Below are positions 27,126-40,369 of a DNA stretch of 64,000 nt, one piece after another (positions within the stretch are counted from its first letter, which is position 1; each line of letters begins with the position of its first letter). This stretch comes from Squalus acanthias (taxonomy: Eukaryota). The notes under the pieces are model-generated. The model made no database searches, had not been told where the DNA came from, and saw only the letters and a program-made list of their open reading frames with translations. Both the position numbers and the translations under genes were made by a program. The DNA is taken from positions 620,001 to 684,000 of the forward strand of contig JASTWF010000138.1 of NCBI GenBank assembly GCA_030390025.1, given 5' to 3'.

Positions 27126-27825
27126 CTATTACTGCCCTGCGGTCATATTTCCTTTTGACTCTCTCAAACCAGACATGTTAAGTGCTCACAAATGACAGAA
27201 ATGAACAAACTACTTCATATCGGCATTACACATTATTCACCAGCACAAAAGACCCCTTGGAACTCCATTCTCCCGACCTTTCACTTCTCCTCTGACGGGG
27301 CCGCAACTGATTCCTGCACATTTTCATCGCCCCCAAAATCGCAACAAGACACCAGAAAATTAACTTTGTTTCCTGTTGCAATAAAATCCTGGATTTCATT
27401 TGACACTCGGTTTGAACCAGTGTAATTTTCGTGTAGAGCTCTTGACCCTGGGGGAGGGACCATTATAATGAGCGGGAATGCGTTCGGGGACAAGGAGCTA
27501 TAGAGTGGCGTAAAGGAGCAAGGGATTTCGGGAAGATCGCTATTTACTGCCTAATAAAATTGCGGCCGAATTTATTCAAAGTTTTTACGCCGGGTGTTTG
27601 CTTCACAGCCGATTACAGGAGGCTCTGGGAGCAAATACACAGGAAATGTTAAAGTGTCTCGGGGAATCGTTGCAATTCGTTGTCCTTCCAATAACGATGG
27701 TGTTTAAGCAACAACGAGAGGTTAATCTCTCAAAGGTGATTTATTCTTCCTGAGAGAGTGAAGGCTGAATACTGGTGTCCTGATTCTGAAGATGAAGCTT
27801 TGCTTGACTTCCTTTCTGTTCTCAG

Positions 27826-28134
27826 ATGAGATCCAATGCAACGATCCAGAAATCACTCTTCCGCAACCGTCACTAGAACAAGTCTTACTGGAGGCGACGG
27901 TGACCTTAACCTGCGTCGTGTCTAATGTTCCTTATGGAGTCAACGTGTCCTGGACCCGAGAAAAGGAGACTTTGAAATCAGAGATTGCCGTCCAACCCGG
28001 AGAGGCTCCCAACAGCGTGATCAGCAACTTAAACATCTCGACACAAGCCTGGCTGAGTGGGGATGAGTTCTACTGCGTGGTAAGCCATCAGGATATGCCG
28101 ACTCCTATAAGAGATTCCATCCACAAGGAAAAAG
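27826..28134 (+). CDS. IGHM: IgM constant exon Cmu3
   Basis: [38 protein letters not shown]; canonical splice sites. Confidence 0.95.
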
Positions 28135-28651
28135 GTGAGCGGTGAGATTGTAGCAATAAGTGAGACTCTGTGACTATTTCCGGTGCTTGTTCACGGCCCA
28201 ATTCGTTCTATTCAGTGTTTTAATGGACTGCTCTGATAATTCAATGGGCAATTCCACTAACTAAACACTCTGGGACCAGAGATGATGCATTTAAAGGGAA
28301 GCTGGATACGTCAATGAGGGAAAAAGGAATAGAAGGATATGTTATTAGGGTTAGATGAAGTAAGGTGGGAGGAGGCTCGTGTGGAGCATAATCAGCGGCA
28401 TTGATCAGTTGGGCCGAATGGTCTGTTTCTATGATGTAAATTCTATATAATTTTCCAGTCCAACTCTTCAAGCTCCCACAGAGAAGGATTGTATCCCCCT
28501 CTGTCCGGGCTGAAAAACTGGACAGGACACAGAGGGGGAAAGGGAATCCTTTAAAATGTAGCGCAAAGCACATTTCTCTCACATCTAAACGCCTGTTTCA
28601 TTGTCTCTGGAATTCTCCAGTTTATTGACCTTTATTGTAATTGTTCTGCAG

Positions 28652-29043
28652 CTAAAGATCCGCGGGAACCGTCCGTGTCTGTCCTCCTGCCCCCGGCAGA
28701 AGAAGTCTCCGCTCAGAGGTTCGTCACCCTCACCTGCTTAGTCAGAGGTTTCTCCCCCCGAGAGATCTTCGTCAAGTGGACCGTCAATGACAAGCCGGTG
28801 AATTCCGGCAACTACAAGAACACCGAGGTGATGGCGGAGAACGGCAGCAGTTCCTTCTTCAAGTACAGCCTGTTATCCATTGCAGCGGAGGAGTGGGCCA
28901 GCGGCGCTTCTTACTCCTGTGTGGTGGGACATGAAGCGATCCCCTTGAAGATCATCAACAGAACGGTTAATAAATCCAGCGGTAAACCCAGTTTTGTCAA
29001 CATTTCCCTTGTTCTGATGGACACCGTCAATTCTTGTCAATGA
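28652..29043 (+). CDS. IGHM: IgM constant exon Cmu4 plus secretory tailpiece
   Basis: [56 protein letters not shown]; internal donor G|GTAAA after 28981; AATAAA at 29081-29086. Confidence 0.96.
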
Positions 29044-29477
29044 GAATCTCTCGATTGCATTTCAGTTCTTGATTAAAACCAATAAAGGCCTTTTCTTCCA
29101 ATCGTCAGTTACACATACAGCCGCTCGATTAATTTTGTTTCCCATTTTTGCCAAGGGGAGGGCTGTTTATCTGAAGCAGGATATTTGCCGGTCTCGGGCC
29201 GAAGGCTTGTACAGCCAGCGCTCCCAGCTCAGATACACCACGGGATAGAGACAGACTGAAGCTCTTTCATGACAGGATTTCTCAAAGTCACTTCAGCAAC
29301 TTTCCTCCCGCTGGGGGGAATCAAAAAGTTCCCATTTCAGACAAACAAACGCAGCACATTTAGATCTCGGTGTCCCTGTTTCCCGTGCTGTTCCCTTCAG
29401 AATTGGGGCTAGTTTTATTTTGCAGCATCGCACCCTCTGGGATCTGAAATAAGGCCACACACGAACACGAACTGTCA

Positions 29478-30965
29478 CCCCACTCCCCCACCAGAGAGAG
29501 GGGAAAGGGCAATTGTTAACCCACTGTACCTCTCACTCCCCCACCAGAGAGAGGGGAAAGGGCAATTGTTAATCCACTGTACCCCAACACCCCCACCAGA
29601 GAGAGGGGAAAGGGCAATTGTTAACCCGCTGTACCTCCCACTCCCTCACCAGAGAGAGAGGAAAGGGTAATTGTTAACCCACTGTACCCCCACTCCCCCA
29701 CCAGAGAGAGGGGAAAGGGTAATTGTTAACCCACTGTACCCCCCACTCCCCCACCAGAGAGAGGGGGGAAAGGGCAATTGTTAACCCCCTGTACCCCCAC
29801 TCCCCACCAGAGAGAGGGGAAAGGGCAATTGTTAAACACACTGTACCCCCACTCCCCCACCAGAGAGAGGAGAAAGGGCAATTGTTAACCCACTGTACCC
29901 CCACTCCCCCACCAGAGAGAGGGGAAAGGGCATTTGTTAACCCACTGTACCCCCACTCTCCACCAGAGAGAGGGGAAAGGGCATTTGTTAACCCACTGTA
30001 CCCCCACTCTCCACCAGAGAGAGGGGAAAGGGCATTTGTTAACCCACTGTACCCCCACTCTCCACCAGAGAGAGGGGAAAGGGCAATTGTTAACCCACGG
30101 TACCTCCCACTCCCCCACCAGAGAGAGGGGAAAGGGCAATTGTTAACCCACAGTACCTCCACCCCCCGCCAGAGAGAGGGGAAAGGGTTATTGTTAACCC
30201 ACTGTACCCCCACTCCCTCACCAGAGAGAGGGGAAAGGGCAATTGTTAACCCCCTGTACTCCTACTCCCCCACCAGAGAGAGGGGAAAGGGCAATTGTTA
30301 ACCCACTGTACCCCCACTCCCCACCAGAGAGAGGGGAAAGGGCAATTGTTAACCCCCTGTACTCCTACTCCCCCACCAGAGAGAGGGGAAAGGGCAATTG
30401 TTAACCCACTCTGCCCCCCACTCCCCCACCAGAGAGAGGGGAAAGGGCAATTGTTAACCCACTGTACCTCCCACTCCCCCACCAGAGAGAGGGGAAAGGG
30501 CAATTGTTAACCCACTCTGCCCCCCACTCCCCCACCAGAGAGAGGGGAAAGGGCAATTGTTAACCCACTGTACCTCCCACTCCCCACCAGAGAGAGGGGA
30601 AAGGGCAATTGTTAACCCACTGTACCTCCCACTCCCCCACCAGAGAGAGGGGAAAGGGCAATTGTTAACCCCCTGTACCTCCCACTCCCCCACCAGAGAG
30701 AGGGGAAAGGACAATTGTTAACCCACTGTACCCCAACACCCCCACCAGAGAGAGGGGAAAGGGTAATTGTTAACCCACTGTACCCCAACACCCCCACCAG
30801 AGAGAGGGGAAAGGGCAATTGTTAACCCACTGTACCCCCACTCCCCACCAGAGCGAGGGGAAAGGGCAATTGTTAACCCACTGTACCTCCCACTCCCCCA
30901 CCAGCGAGAGGGAAAAGGGCAATTGTTAACCCACTGTACCTCCCACTCCCCCACCAGAGAGAGGG
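29478..30965. repeat. ~52-53-bp minisatellite in the Cmu4-TM1 intron
   Basis: (ccactgtacctcccactcccccaccagagagaggggaaagggcaattgttaac)n, about 28 units. Confidence 0.95.
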
Positions 30966-31299
30966 GAGGTGAACCAATCTCTATTATATGAACTTAGTTG
31001 CCATCAGTAAAAAGTCAGCTTTAACTCACAGTCTAAAAACGTTAAAGTTGCCGGATGAGAATCATATTGTAAAATAAATATTTATTTAACAACTTATCTT
31101 TAACTAGTGTTTGGAGTAAATCTGTCCCTGTTATTCATAAACTAACAGATTGAATTTTAATAGTCCAAATTTGAACTGGTGATTGAATCCTCTGCGGGTT
31201 TCTCACCGTTCTGTCCCTGATGGTTTGAGGCCCATCGGTTGACGTCACATTGCGTCTCACACAGAACACATTTACACAGAGCGGGGAAGAATGCGTGTA

Positions 31300-32020
31300 A
31301 AGTGAGTGTGTCTGTGTTTATGTGCAAGTGCGTTTGCGATTTTGTGTAAGTGTGTGTGTTTTGTGTAAGTGCACACTTACACATAAACACACACAGACTT
31401 ACACATAAACACACGCATTAACGTATTGACATAGAATATTACACATACCCAGAATATAATACACACCGTCATTGTCAGACCCAGTTATTGGTACTCTCTG
31501 AAACTTTGAACAGTACCGGAAATACACACGCGCACACCCTTAAACAAAGCACACACAAACACATGCATTAACACACACACACTTACACACCCATAAACTC
31601 ACACTCAACACAAACACACACATACAAACACACACTTACATACAAACACACACAATTACACAGAAACACTCACACGCTTACACCTGAACATACACAAACA
31701 CTTACACATAACCATAAACATAAACATAAACACACACATGGACGCACATACACAAAAACAAACACACAATTAAACATAAACACACACACTTATACAAAGA
31801 CTTACACATAAACATACACAAACTGACAAAAATACACGCACACTTACACATAATCACACACTTACACATAAATACACATATATAGAAGTACACAAACACA
31901 CAATTACACAAACACACAAACACGCACACACACTTACACAGCAACACACACATTAACACACAAACACAGACTAAAACAAAACAAGAGATTGTCATACACA
32001 CATACGCAAACACGAATGCG
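31300..32020. repeat. Degenerate CA/TG-rich low-complexity tract
   Basis: Imperfect (CA)n. Confidence 0.85.
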
Positions 32021-32657
32021 CGAAAAAACCTCAGGCTATAGACGAATGTAGAATTAAAATGCACTTTTTGAACGAACACAGTTTCCAACGATTGTTCTGA
32101 ATGAATAATTCCTGATACCATAAAATCTCACATTTCTCTATTCTGGTCCTACACATACACTGAATCAATGTTCTTGTTGGAATCTGATACAAGTTAATTA
32201 TGTTCGGAGCATTGCTATAACAAATAAATAAACAAGATTATAAATCACATCTGATCTCTTACCCAGCCCCCTTGACAGTCTCCAAATAAGTAGCTATCTA
32301 ATCCTATCGTTAAAATAACCGATATCAATCAATAAACCTCCCTCGATATTTCATCCTATTATTCCCGAATCATCGATTGTACGAAATTGATGCAAAATCA
32401 ATTAGCGTGTGACATTAAAGAAAAAACTGTCGTTTTTTCCAACACTGACTATAGGAGGATCATAAAGAAAGAGCGACTGTGGAGTTAGGAACAGAGATAG
32501 ATTGCTGAGCGAGATTAACTTAACACAAGATATACATTGAAAATTCAATTAGAGAACAAACTAATACCTTAAGGAAAAGAAGGGAATATATAATAATAAT
32601 ATGATATCTTGGATTAATAAACGATCTGAATATATTTCCGCCTCTACATCCCCGTAG

Positions 32658-32785
32658 ATTCCTCAGACCACATCTTGATTGAAGACTATGAGGAAGAGAG
32701 CGGCAACATCTGGACAACCGCTTCCACATTCATCATCCTGTTCTTCCTGAGCATGTCCTACAGCGCTGCCGTCACTCTAGTGAAG
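32658..32785 (+). CDS. IGHM: IgM transmembrane exon TM1
   Basis: DSSDHILIEDYEEESGNIWTTASTFIILFFLSMSYSAAVTLVK; tag acceptor, gtgag donor. Confidence 0.93.
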
Positions 32786-32925
32786 GTGAGAAGATTCAAT
32801 CCACTCACACTTCGATCTGACTGAAGCGGTTTGACAAATCTCTAAAAGTTTCATTGATAAAATCCCTGAGATAAATGCCCCAAACCACTAAATCTCTGCT
32901 TCATTCTTTTATCCCTCTTTTACAG

Positions 32926-32934
32926 ATCAAGTGA
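32926..32934 (+). CDS. IGHM: IgM TM2 exon (IK-stop)
   Basis: Polypyrimidine tract then cag|atc aag tga; AATAAA at 32997 and 33045. Confidence 0.88.
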   Translation: MK

Positions 32935-35900
32935 ACGGTTGAATTTGGACGCCGTGGATTTTCCTCATCTGTTTATTAACATCTCTGTGTCCTGAAAATA
33001 AAATATATCCTCTTGGTGATTCTCAGAGTCAAATGTCTTCAGTTAATAAATCCGAATCTGTAGCTGAGAAAATCATAACCGGGATTTCCGTCTCTCTGTT
33101 TGAAATGTGTGAGATAATCGTGGCTATAATGTGAATATATCTTAGAGTTTCACCGTTGTTTGAATATTTCATGTGTAAATAAGTCACTTTTCTGGTTCCT
33201 AATTGACAATTGTTCCCTTCCCTTTATGTAGAGCCCCTGTTTTCTCTCCCTGGTGTCTGTTACAGTTGTACAGATAACTGGCAGCTCAGACCGCCTGTGA
33301 TCTGGTCTCAATGTGACGCTCTGTTGTTATATTCACTTTGTGTTAACTTTTTAAAAACTTCTCTGTAAATTGTTCTCTGTGAAATTGTTAATAAATCTGG
33401 AATGACAAATTGACTAATTTGGACTTTGCTGAATTCCTTTATCCAAGGCTCGTCCACACGCCCCATTTTCCCTATCACACTTTGTTTTATTTCCCTGACA
33501 GGTATTTTTCACCCGTCCTGTCTGGGTTGTGTTTGAACCCAAGTCCCTTCTTTAAGGAGCCACTGCGCCACCTAGTGTCCCATCAGAGTAAAGACACCTT
33601 TACCCCTGACTTTTTATGTCAAGACCCAGAGGCGGAATGACTGCATAGCGACCAACAGCGACCAGGCGCACCTTGCAGTCTCCTCTAATATTATGGTCTG
33701 TAACAGTCACATGCCAGGTTCTAATAAAGAGCAGGGCTCTGCTCCATCACAGTTTGATACATTACAGTACATGGCAGAGTAAATCTCCCTCTACACTGTT
33801 CCATCATACACTCCCACGGTAGGTACACACTTGTCAGATAGAGAGTAAAGCTCCCTCTACACTTTCCCATCAAACACTCCCACGGCAGCTGCACACTTGT
33901 TAGATATCTGACACAGACATACTGGGGAGCACAAACCCTGAAAATGATTCTCAGACTCTGAGCCGATCCCACACAAAGGCTCTCTCTCCAGCTTTTCTGT
34001 TATACACACTCAGGCACTCTTCACTTTACTGTTATAAACACAGAGATTCTGTCTCCAACTTCTCTGTTATAAACACAGACTCTCGAACTTTCCTGTTACA
34101 CATTCACTCTTTCTCTCCACCTATTCTGTTATATACGCACACAGACACCCAGGGCAGAGAGGAAAGAAGGAGAGATTGTATTTGAGGGAGAGGGGATGGG
34201 GGATCACGCGGCGTCCTCAGGTATATTTGGAGCCTTCTGCGCCCGGTGGGCACCGCTGGATACAGGTTGTGTGATAGTCGGACAAAATCAAATTCTGATG
34301 GAATATCATTTTAATTTTGTTCAGGCCAAGTGAGCGAGTGTAGCCCTCCTCTCTGGGAGGGCGCTGTAGAATGTATTTTGTTGTTTTGAATTAGCCCCTT
34401 TAATGGAGTCCCGAGTCCAAATGGTCCACACAGACCAATAAAAGAGTAGGCCCAGCACTGGGGTAGCCACTTCCAACCCTTCTCCAATCTGAGCCACACC
34501 CATTTGTCTGACCATCTGTCTCCTGTATCCCTGACGACATTTCTCCCTGCTCTGCTCCATTCCCTCTTGTACCATCTCCATGAACTCAGTGAACATCACT
34601 ACTGTGCACCGCCAGTGACCTTCAGATCTCCGATCCCTGTTTCCCTGCAGTTTTGCTCCCCGCCCCGGGAACATCTCCAGAGGTTTCTGGCCAGACCCGA
34701 GTATCTTCCGGCATTCTCCTTCTGATGCAGTGCTGCTTTCCCTCTGAGCTCCTGGAGTCCAGGCGAGAGGTCTGCTGTGGTTGAGTATATGATCGGGTTG
34801 AGGAACGGAAGAATTAGGCGGCCCTTCTGAAGGGCTGGGAAGGAAGTTTGGCAATGGTTTGAGTTGCTGTTTAAACTATGTCTCTGCCCCAATTTCTCTC
34901 CCTCCCCTCAAAGCGACAAATACCTTCAGCCACCATCGTTGTGTCTCCTGGCTCTGTATCCTGTCCCCAGGCTCCGAGAATATCGGGTGGTGCAGGGCCC
35001 ATTGAAGACTTTCCGAGCTGATCCCCTGGGGTCACAGCCCTGGGTCAGGGGTCACAGGCTGCACCCACGGGGAATCTTTAGCGCTGAGCGGAGCCTGGAG
35101 ACTACCCGTGACCTCTGACCCTCAATGAATGTGAAAAACAGCCAATCGCGGTGCTCTGACATGCGAAAAGCATTGTGGTGTCATCCAGTGCAGGGCAAAG
35201 CGGTGACGGCCATGTCTGTGTGACGTGCGGTCTGACGTGTGACTTCAATTCCCACAAAAGAAACGGTCTCCCTTTCTTAATAAAAAGGAGAAAATATGCG
35301 ACAGAGATAAAGATACAGACAGTGATAATTGAACCGGTTGGCGAGTTGCGCATGTGCGAACAGTGCTCCCAGGGAGCAGCACAGCCCGTGGTCGACATTG
35401 GGCCTATTCTGGCCCGCTGTGCATTGTGGGAATCTCTGTCCTTCATGGCTGCTTAAATCTCTGATAGGGTGTGAGCCAACTGAACCACTGAATAGCAATT
35501 TATTACAGCCTCCCTCGGGGAAACTGTCACACAGTCAGAGTTCTCCTTACAGGCCAATAGCACTTGGTCAGATTTATTGCAGGTTAACTAACGCACGGAA
35601 GTTCACTGAGGCAGCCAGTGACCGGAACAGCAAGAATAGCGAAAGAGTTCAGAAATCTCTCTATTTTCTCCACAGAACTCCTGAAACATTCAACTAATTT
35701 TCTCTTTCATGTCCTCTCCCATTCGGTTGTGGGTTTCCAACACCTCTGTTTTCAAGCTTGGAAAGTGGCATCGAAATATAGTGAAACTAAAATAGTGTAA
35801 TGGGTCGGAGGATTTCCCGAGCACCTCAATACATTAAGTACTTGGTTTTGAAAAAATACACGGGATGAAGTAACACACACAGGCAGAATATGGGAACCAG

Positions 35901-36539
35901 ATCCTGTCCCATTAACGGAGCGACCAGCAGGAGGTTCCTGGCGCTGTCAGCAACCTCTTTCTCGGAGCTGATCTTAACATTATTCACTGACCTGTCTGCA
36001 GTTCCTGTTTATGGGAAGCTGGGTTAGAGCGGTTCTGAATTAATATGCCGTGCAGCAGTAAAGGTTTTATATCGTTAAACTAAAGACTGGAAGAAGAAAG
36101 TCCATACGATTAGTAAAGAGTGGAGACAAGGGATGAGAAGAGACAGGCAGGCCCGGAAATTGCATCGAAAGACAAAAGGTGAGTTGTGGATCCACAGACA
36201 TGATTGCTGAAGTTCATTTTTAGTATGAATGCGAATTGAAATCACAAACTAATATAATTCGGCCAGGGGACCTCACCTGTTCTTGTTGAGTGCTGTGTTT
36301 TTTTAATACTTTTAAGGAGATCCGTGTGACTCTCACTGTGAGGCTGAATTATTGCTTTTGGTTATCGGTGTGAGAGCGCCCTCTCAGTGTGCGTTTTGGT
36401 ACACTAGGGACGTTGAATAGTTACAATGAATGCTCATTGAGGTTCCTTCCAGTTATTGGGCTTCAGTTGGCCACTGCTTGAAGGAGTCTCCAGAACTCAG
36501 TTCTGCAGAAAACATTCCTGGTTTCCCATGGAAACAGAA

Positions 36540-37096
36540 TGAAAGTGAGAGTGACTGCCCTTGATATCAAGGCAGCATTTGACCGAGTGTGGCATCAAGG
36601 AGCCCGAGTAAAAGGGAAGTCAATGGGAATCAGGGGGAAAACTCTCCACTGGCTAGAGTCATACCTAGCACAAAGGAAGATGGTTGTGGTGATTGAAGGT
36701 CAATCATCAAAGCCCAGGACATCGCTGCAGGAGCTCCTCAGGGCAGTGTCCAAGGCCCAACCATCTCCAGCTGCTTCATCAATGACCTTCCCTCCAGCAT
36801 AAGGTCAGAAATGGGGATGTTCGCTGATGACTGCACAGTGCTCAGTGCCATTCGCAACTCCTCAGATAATGAAGCAGTCCATGCCCGCATGCAACAAGAC
36901 CAGGCAATGACTATCTCCAACAAGCGACAGTCTAACCACCGCCCCTTGACATTCAATGGCATTACAATCGCCGAATCCCCCACCATCAATATCCTGGGGG
37001 GGTGGTGGGGGGTCACCGTTGACCATAAACTGGACCAGCCACATAAATACTGTGGCAACAAGAGCAGGTCAGAGGCTGGGTATTCTGTGGCGAGTT
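36540..37096 (+). mobile_element. Non-LTR LINE RT fragment (second family)
   Basis: ALDIKAAFDRVWHQG and MFADDCT motifs, frameshifted. Confidence 0.8.
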
Positions 37097-39597
37097 ATCA
37101 TGAGTGATTTTAATCTACATATAGATTGGGCTAACCAAATTAGTAACAATACCGTGGAGGAGGAATTCCTAGAGTGTATACGGGATGGTTTCCTGGACGA
37201 ATATGTCGAGGAACCAACTAGAGACCAGGCCATCTTAGACTGGGTGTTATGTAATGAGAAAGGATTTATTTGCAATCTTGTTGTACGAGGTCCCTTGGGA
37301 GGAGCGATCATAATATGATAGAATTCTTCATTAAGATGGAGAGTGAATTAGTTGACTCAGAGACTAGGGACCTGAATTGAAATAAAGGAAACTACGATGA
37401 TATGAGGCGCGGGTTGGCTAGGATGGATTGGGGGACGTTACTTAAAGGGTTGACGGTGGATAGGCAATGGCAAACATTTAAAGATTGCATGGATGAACTA
37501 CAGAATTTGTTCATCCCTGTTTGGCATAAAAATAAAACAAAAAAGTTGACTCAACCGTGGCTAACAAGGGAAATTAGGGATAGCATAAAATCCAAAGAGA
37601 TGACATATAAATTGGCCAGAAAAAGCAGCAAACCTCAGGTTTGGGAGCAGTTTAGGATTCAGCAAAGGAGGACAAACGGATTAATTAAGAGGGGGAAAAT
37701 AGAGTATGAGAGTAAGCTTGCAGGGAACATAAAAACTGACTGTAAAAGCTTCTATATATATGTAAAGAGAAAAAGATTGGTGAAGTCAAGCATAGGTCCC
37801 TTGCAGTCAGAATCAGGGGAATTTAATGGGGAACAAAGAAATGGCAGACCAATTAAATACATACTTTGGCTCTGTCTTCACAAAGGAGGACACAAATAAC
37901 CTCCCAGAGATGTCGGGGAAGATAGATTCCAATGAGACGGAGGAACTGAATGAAATCAGTATTTGTAGGGAAATGGTGTTAGGGAATTAGACGGGATTGA
38001 AGGCCGATAAATCCCCAGGGCCTGATAATCTACATCCTAGGGTACTTAAGGAAGTGGCCCTAGAAATAGTAGATGCATTGCTGGTCATCTTCCAAAATTC
38101 TATAGACTCTGGCACAGTTCCCATGGATTGGAGGGTAGCTAATGTAACCCCACTATTTAAAAAAGGTGGTAGAGAGAAAACGGGGAATTATAGACCGGTA
38201 AGCCTGACATCGGTAGTGGGGAAAATGCTAGAGTCCATTATAAAAGATGTAATAGCAGAACACTTGGAAAACAGCAACAGGATCGGACAAAGTCAACATG
38301 GATTTACAAAAGGTAAGTCATGCTTGACTAATCTACTGGAATTTTTTGAGGATGTGACTGGTAGAATAGATAAGGGAGAACCAGTGGATGTGGTGTATTT
38401 GGACTTTCAGAAGGTTTCCGATAAGGTCCCGCATAAGAGATTAGCGTGCAAAGTTAAAGCACATGGGATTGGGGGTAAGGTACTAACTTGGATAGAGAAC
38501 TGGTCGGCAGACAGGAAGCAAAGAGTTGGAATAAACGGGTCTTTTTTCCGAGTGGCAGGCATTGACTAGTCGGGTACCGCTGGGATCGGTGCTAGGACCC
38601 CAGCTATTCACAATATATATTAATGATCTAGACGAGGGAACTAGATGTAATATCTCCAAGTTTGCAGACGACACAAAGCTGGGTGGGCGTGTGTGCTGTG
38701 AGGAGGATGCAGAGAAACTCCAGTATGATTTGGACAGGTTGGGTGATTGGGCAGATGCATGGCAGATGCAGTATAATGTGGATAAATGCGAGGTTATCCA
38801 CTTTGGTGGCAAAAACAGGAAGGCAGATTATTATCTGAACGGCAATAGATTGGGAAAAGGGGAAGTGCAACGAAACCTGGGTGTCCTTGTGCACCAGTCG
38901 CTGAAGGTAAGCATGCAGGTGCAGCAGGCGGTTAAGAAGGCAAATGGTATGTTTACCTTCATAGCGAGAGGATTCGAGTACAGGAGCAAGGATGTCTTGC
39001 TGCAGTTATACAGGGCCTTGGTGAGACCACACCTTGAGTATTGTGTGCAGTTTTGGTCGCCTTATCTGAGGAAGGATGTTCTTGTCATGGAGGGAGTGCA
39101 GCGAAGATTCACCAGACTGATACCTGGGATGGCATGAATGACGTATGAAGAGAGATTGGGTCGATTAGGCTTATATTCGCTCGAGTTTAGAAGAATGAGA
39201 GGGGATCTCATTGAAACTTATAAAATTCTAACAGGACTGGACAGACTAGATGCAGGAAGGATGTTGCCCGATGGCGGGGGAGTCCAGAACAAGAGGTCAC
39301 AGTCTAAGGATAAGGGGTAAGCCATTTAGGACTGAGATGAGGAGGAATTTCTTCACCCAGAGAGTGGTGAACCTGTGGAATTCTCTACCACAGAAGGCAG
39401 TTGAGGCCAATTCATTAAATATATTCAAGAAGGAGATCGATATATTTCTTAAGGCTAAAGGGATCAAGGGATATAGGGAGAAAGCAGGGACAGGGTACTG
39501 AATTTGGATGATCAGCCATGATCTCATTAAATGGCGGAGCAGGCTCGAGGGGCCGAATGGCCTACTCCTGCTCCCATCTTCTATCTTCTATGCTTCT
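37097..39597 (+). mobile_element. CR1 LINE (endonuclease end plus RT, frameshifted)
   Basis: DFN..EEPTRDQAILDWVL, KSPGPD, FADDTK and RPHLEYCVQFW; 3' UTR with ttctat tail. Confidence 0.93.
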
Positions 39598-39639
39598 AAC
39601 ATGATCTGCTGTTTTCTGTCTAATTCTAAACCAGGCACC

Positions 39640-40111
39640 ATGTGCTCCCCGTGTTCCATTCTCATAATAATGGTCGTGCTGTCCAGTGAGTTCATGTGTA
39701 AATGGTCATTGTGTGTTTCACGGATTATCCTTACTCCCAGACTTTTGACACATTCTGTGTTTTGTTACAGGAACGAGTGGCAAAAAATCAGTGTCCCAGG
39801 ATCCGTCTGAATTAATGGTTCAGCAAGGAAAACACATTAAATTGAACTGCAGTTACTCGGCAGCTGCTCCAACTCTGTTCTGGTACATCCAGTATCCCGG
39901 GGATGCTCCGAGATATTTACTGAGGATATATAGCTCGGGTACGGTAGACCAGTCTCCAGATTTCCCAGGCCGGTTTTCTGCTGTTTTGCACAGAGACAGC
40001 AAAACGGTTCCTTTAAATATCACCGCGGTTCTTGTCACCGACAACGCCGTCTATATCTGTGCCATAAGCCCCACACTGCTGCAGAGATATAGCGGATCCC
40101 GTACAAAAACC
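39640..40111 (+). CDS. TCR alpha/delta-type V segment V1 (leader 39640-39685, V exon 39771-40071, RSS 40072-40111); intact ORF
   Basis: SVSQDP..LNCSYS..LFWYIQYPG..RFSA..DNAVYICAISP; cacactg-24-acaaaaacc. Confidence 0.9.
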
Positions 40112-40369
40112 CACACTGAGAGTTCCAGTTAGTGATCACCAGAGGGCGCTCTCACACTGATAAACAGCAGCGATCATTCAGCCTCCAAAGTGAGAGTCAC
40201 AGGGACCTTCTTAACAGAGCGACATTTCACAACACTCAATAAGAACAGGTCAGGTCCACTTGGGGATCTTTTAGGTGATTTCAACTCGTATTTATAATAA
40301 ACATGAACTTCACAAATCATGTTTTTGGCGCCTTAACTCCCCTTTTGTCCTTTCTCTGTTGTGTACATT

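Noticed and set aside
24044-29043. IgM1gj-like (three-C-domain) or IgW/IgNAR identity
   Set aside because: All four Cmu exons are present with an IgM-type tailpiece, and the V is not joined
29674-32121. Multiple ORFs in the Cmu4-TM intron
   Set aside because: They derive from the minisatellite and CA-rich repeats
34321-34854. 177-aa minus-strand ORF
   Set aside because: No recognisable domain or splice structure; likely chance or transposon debris
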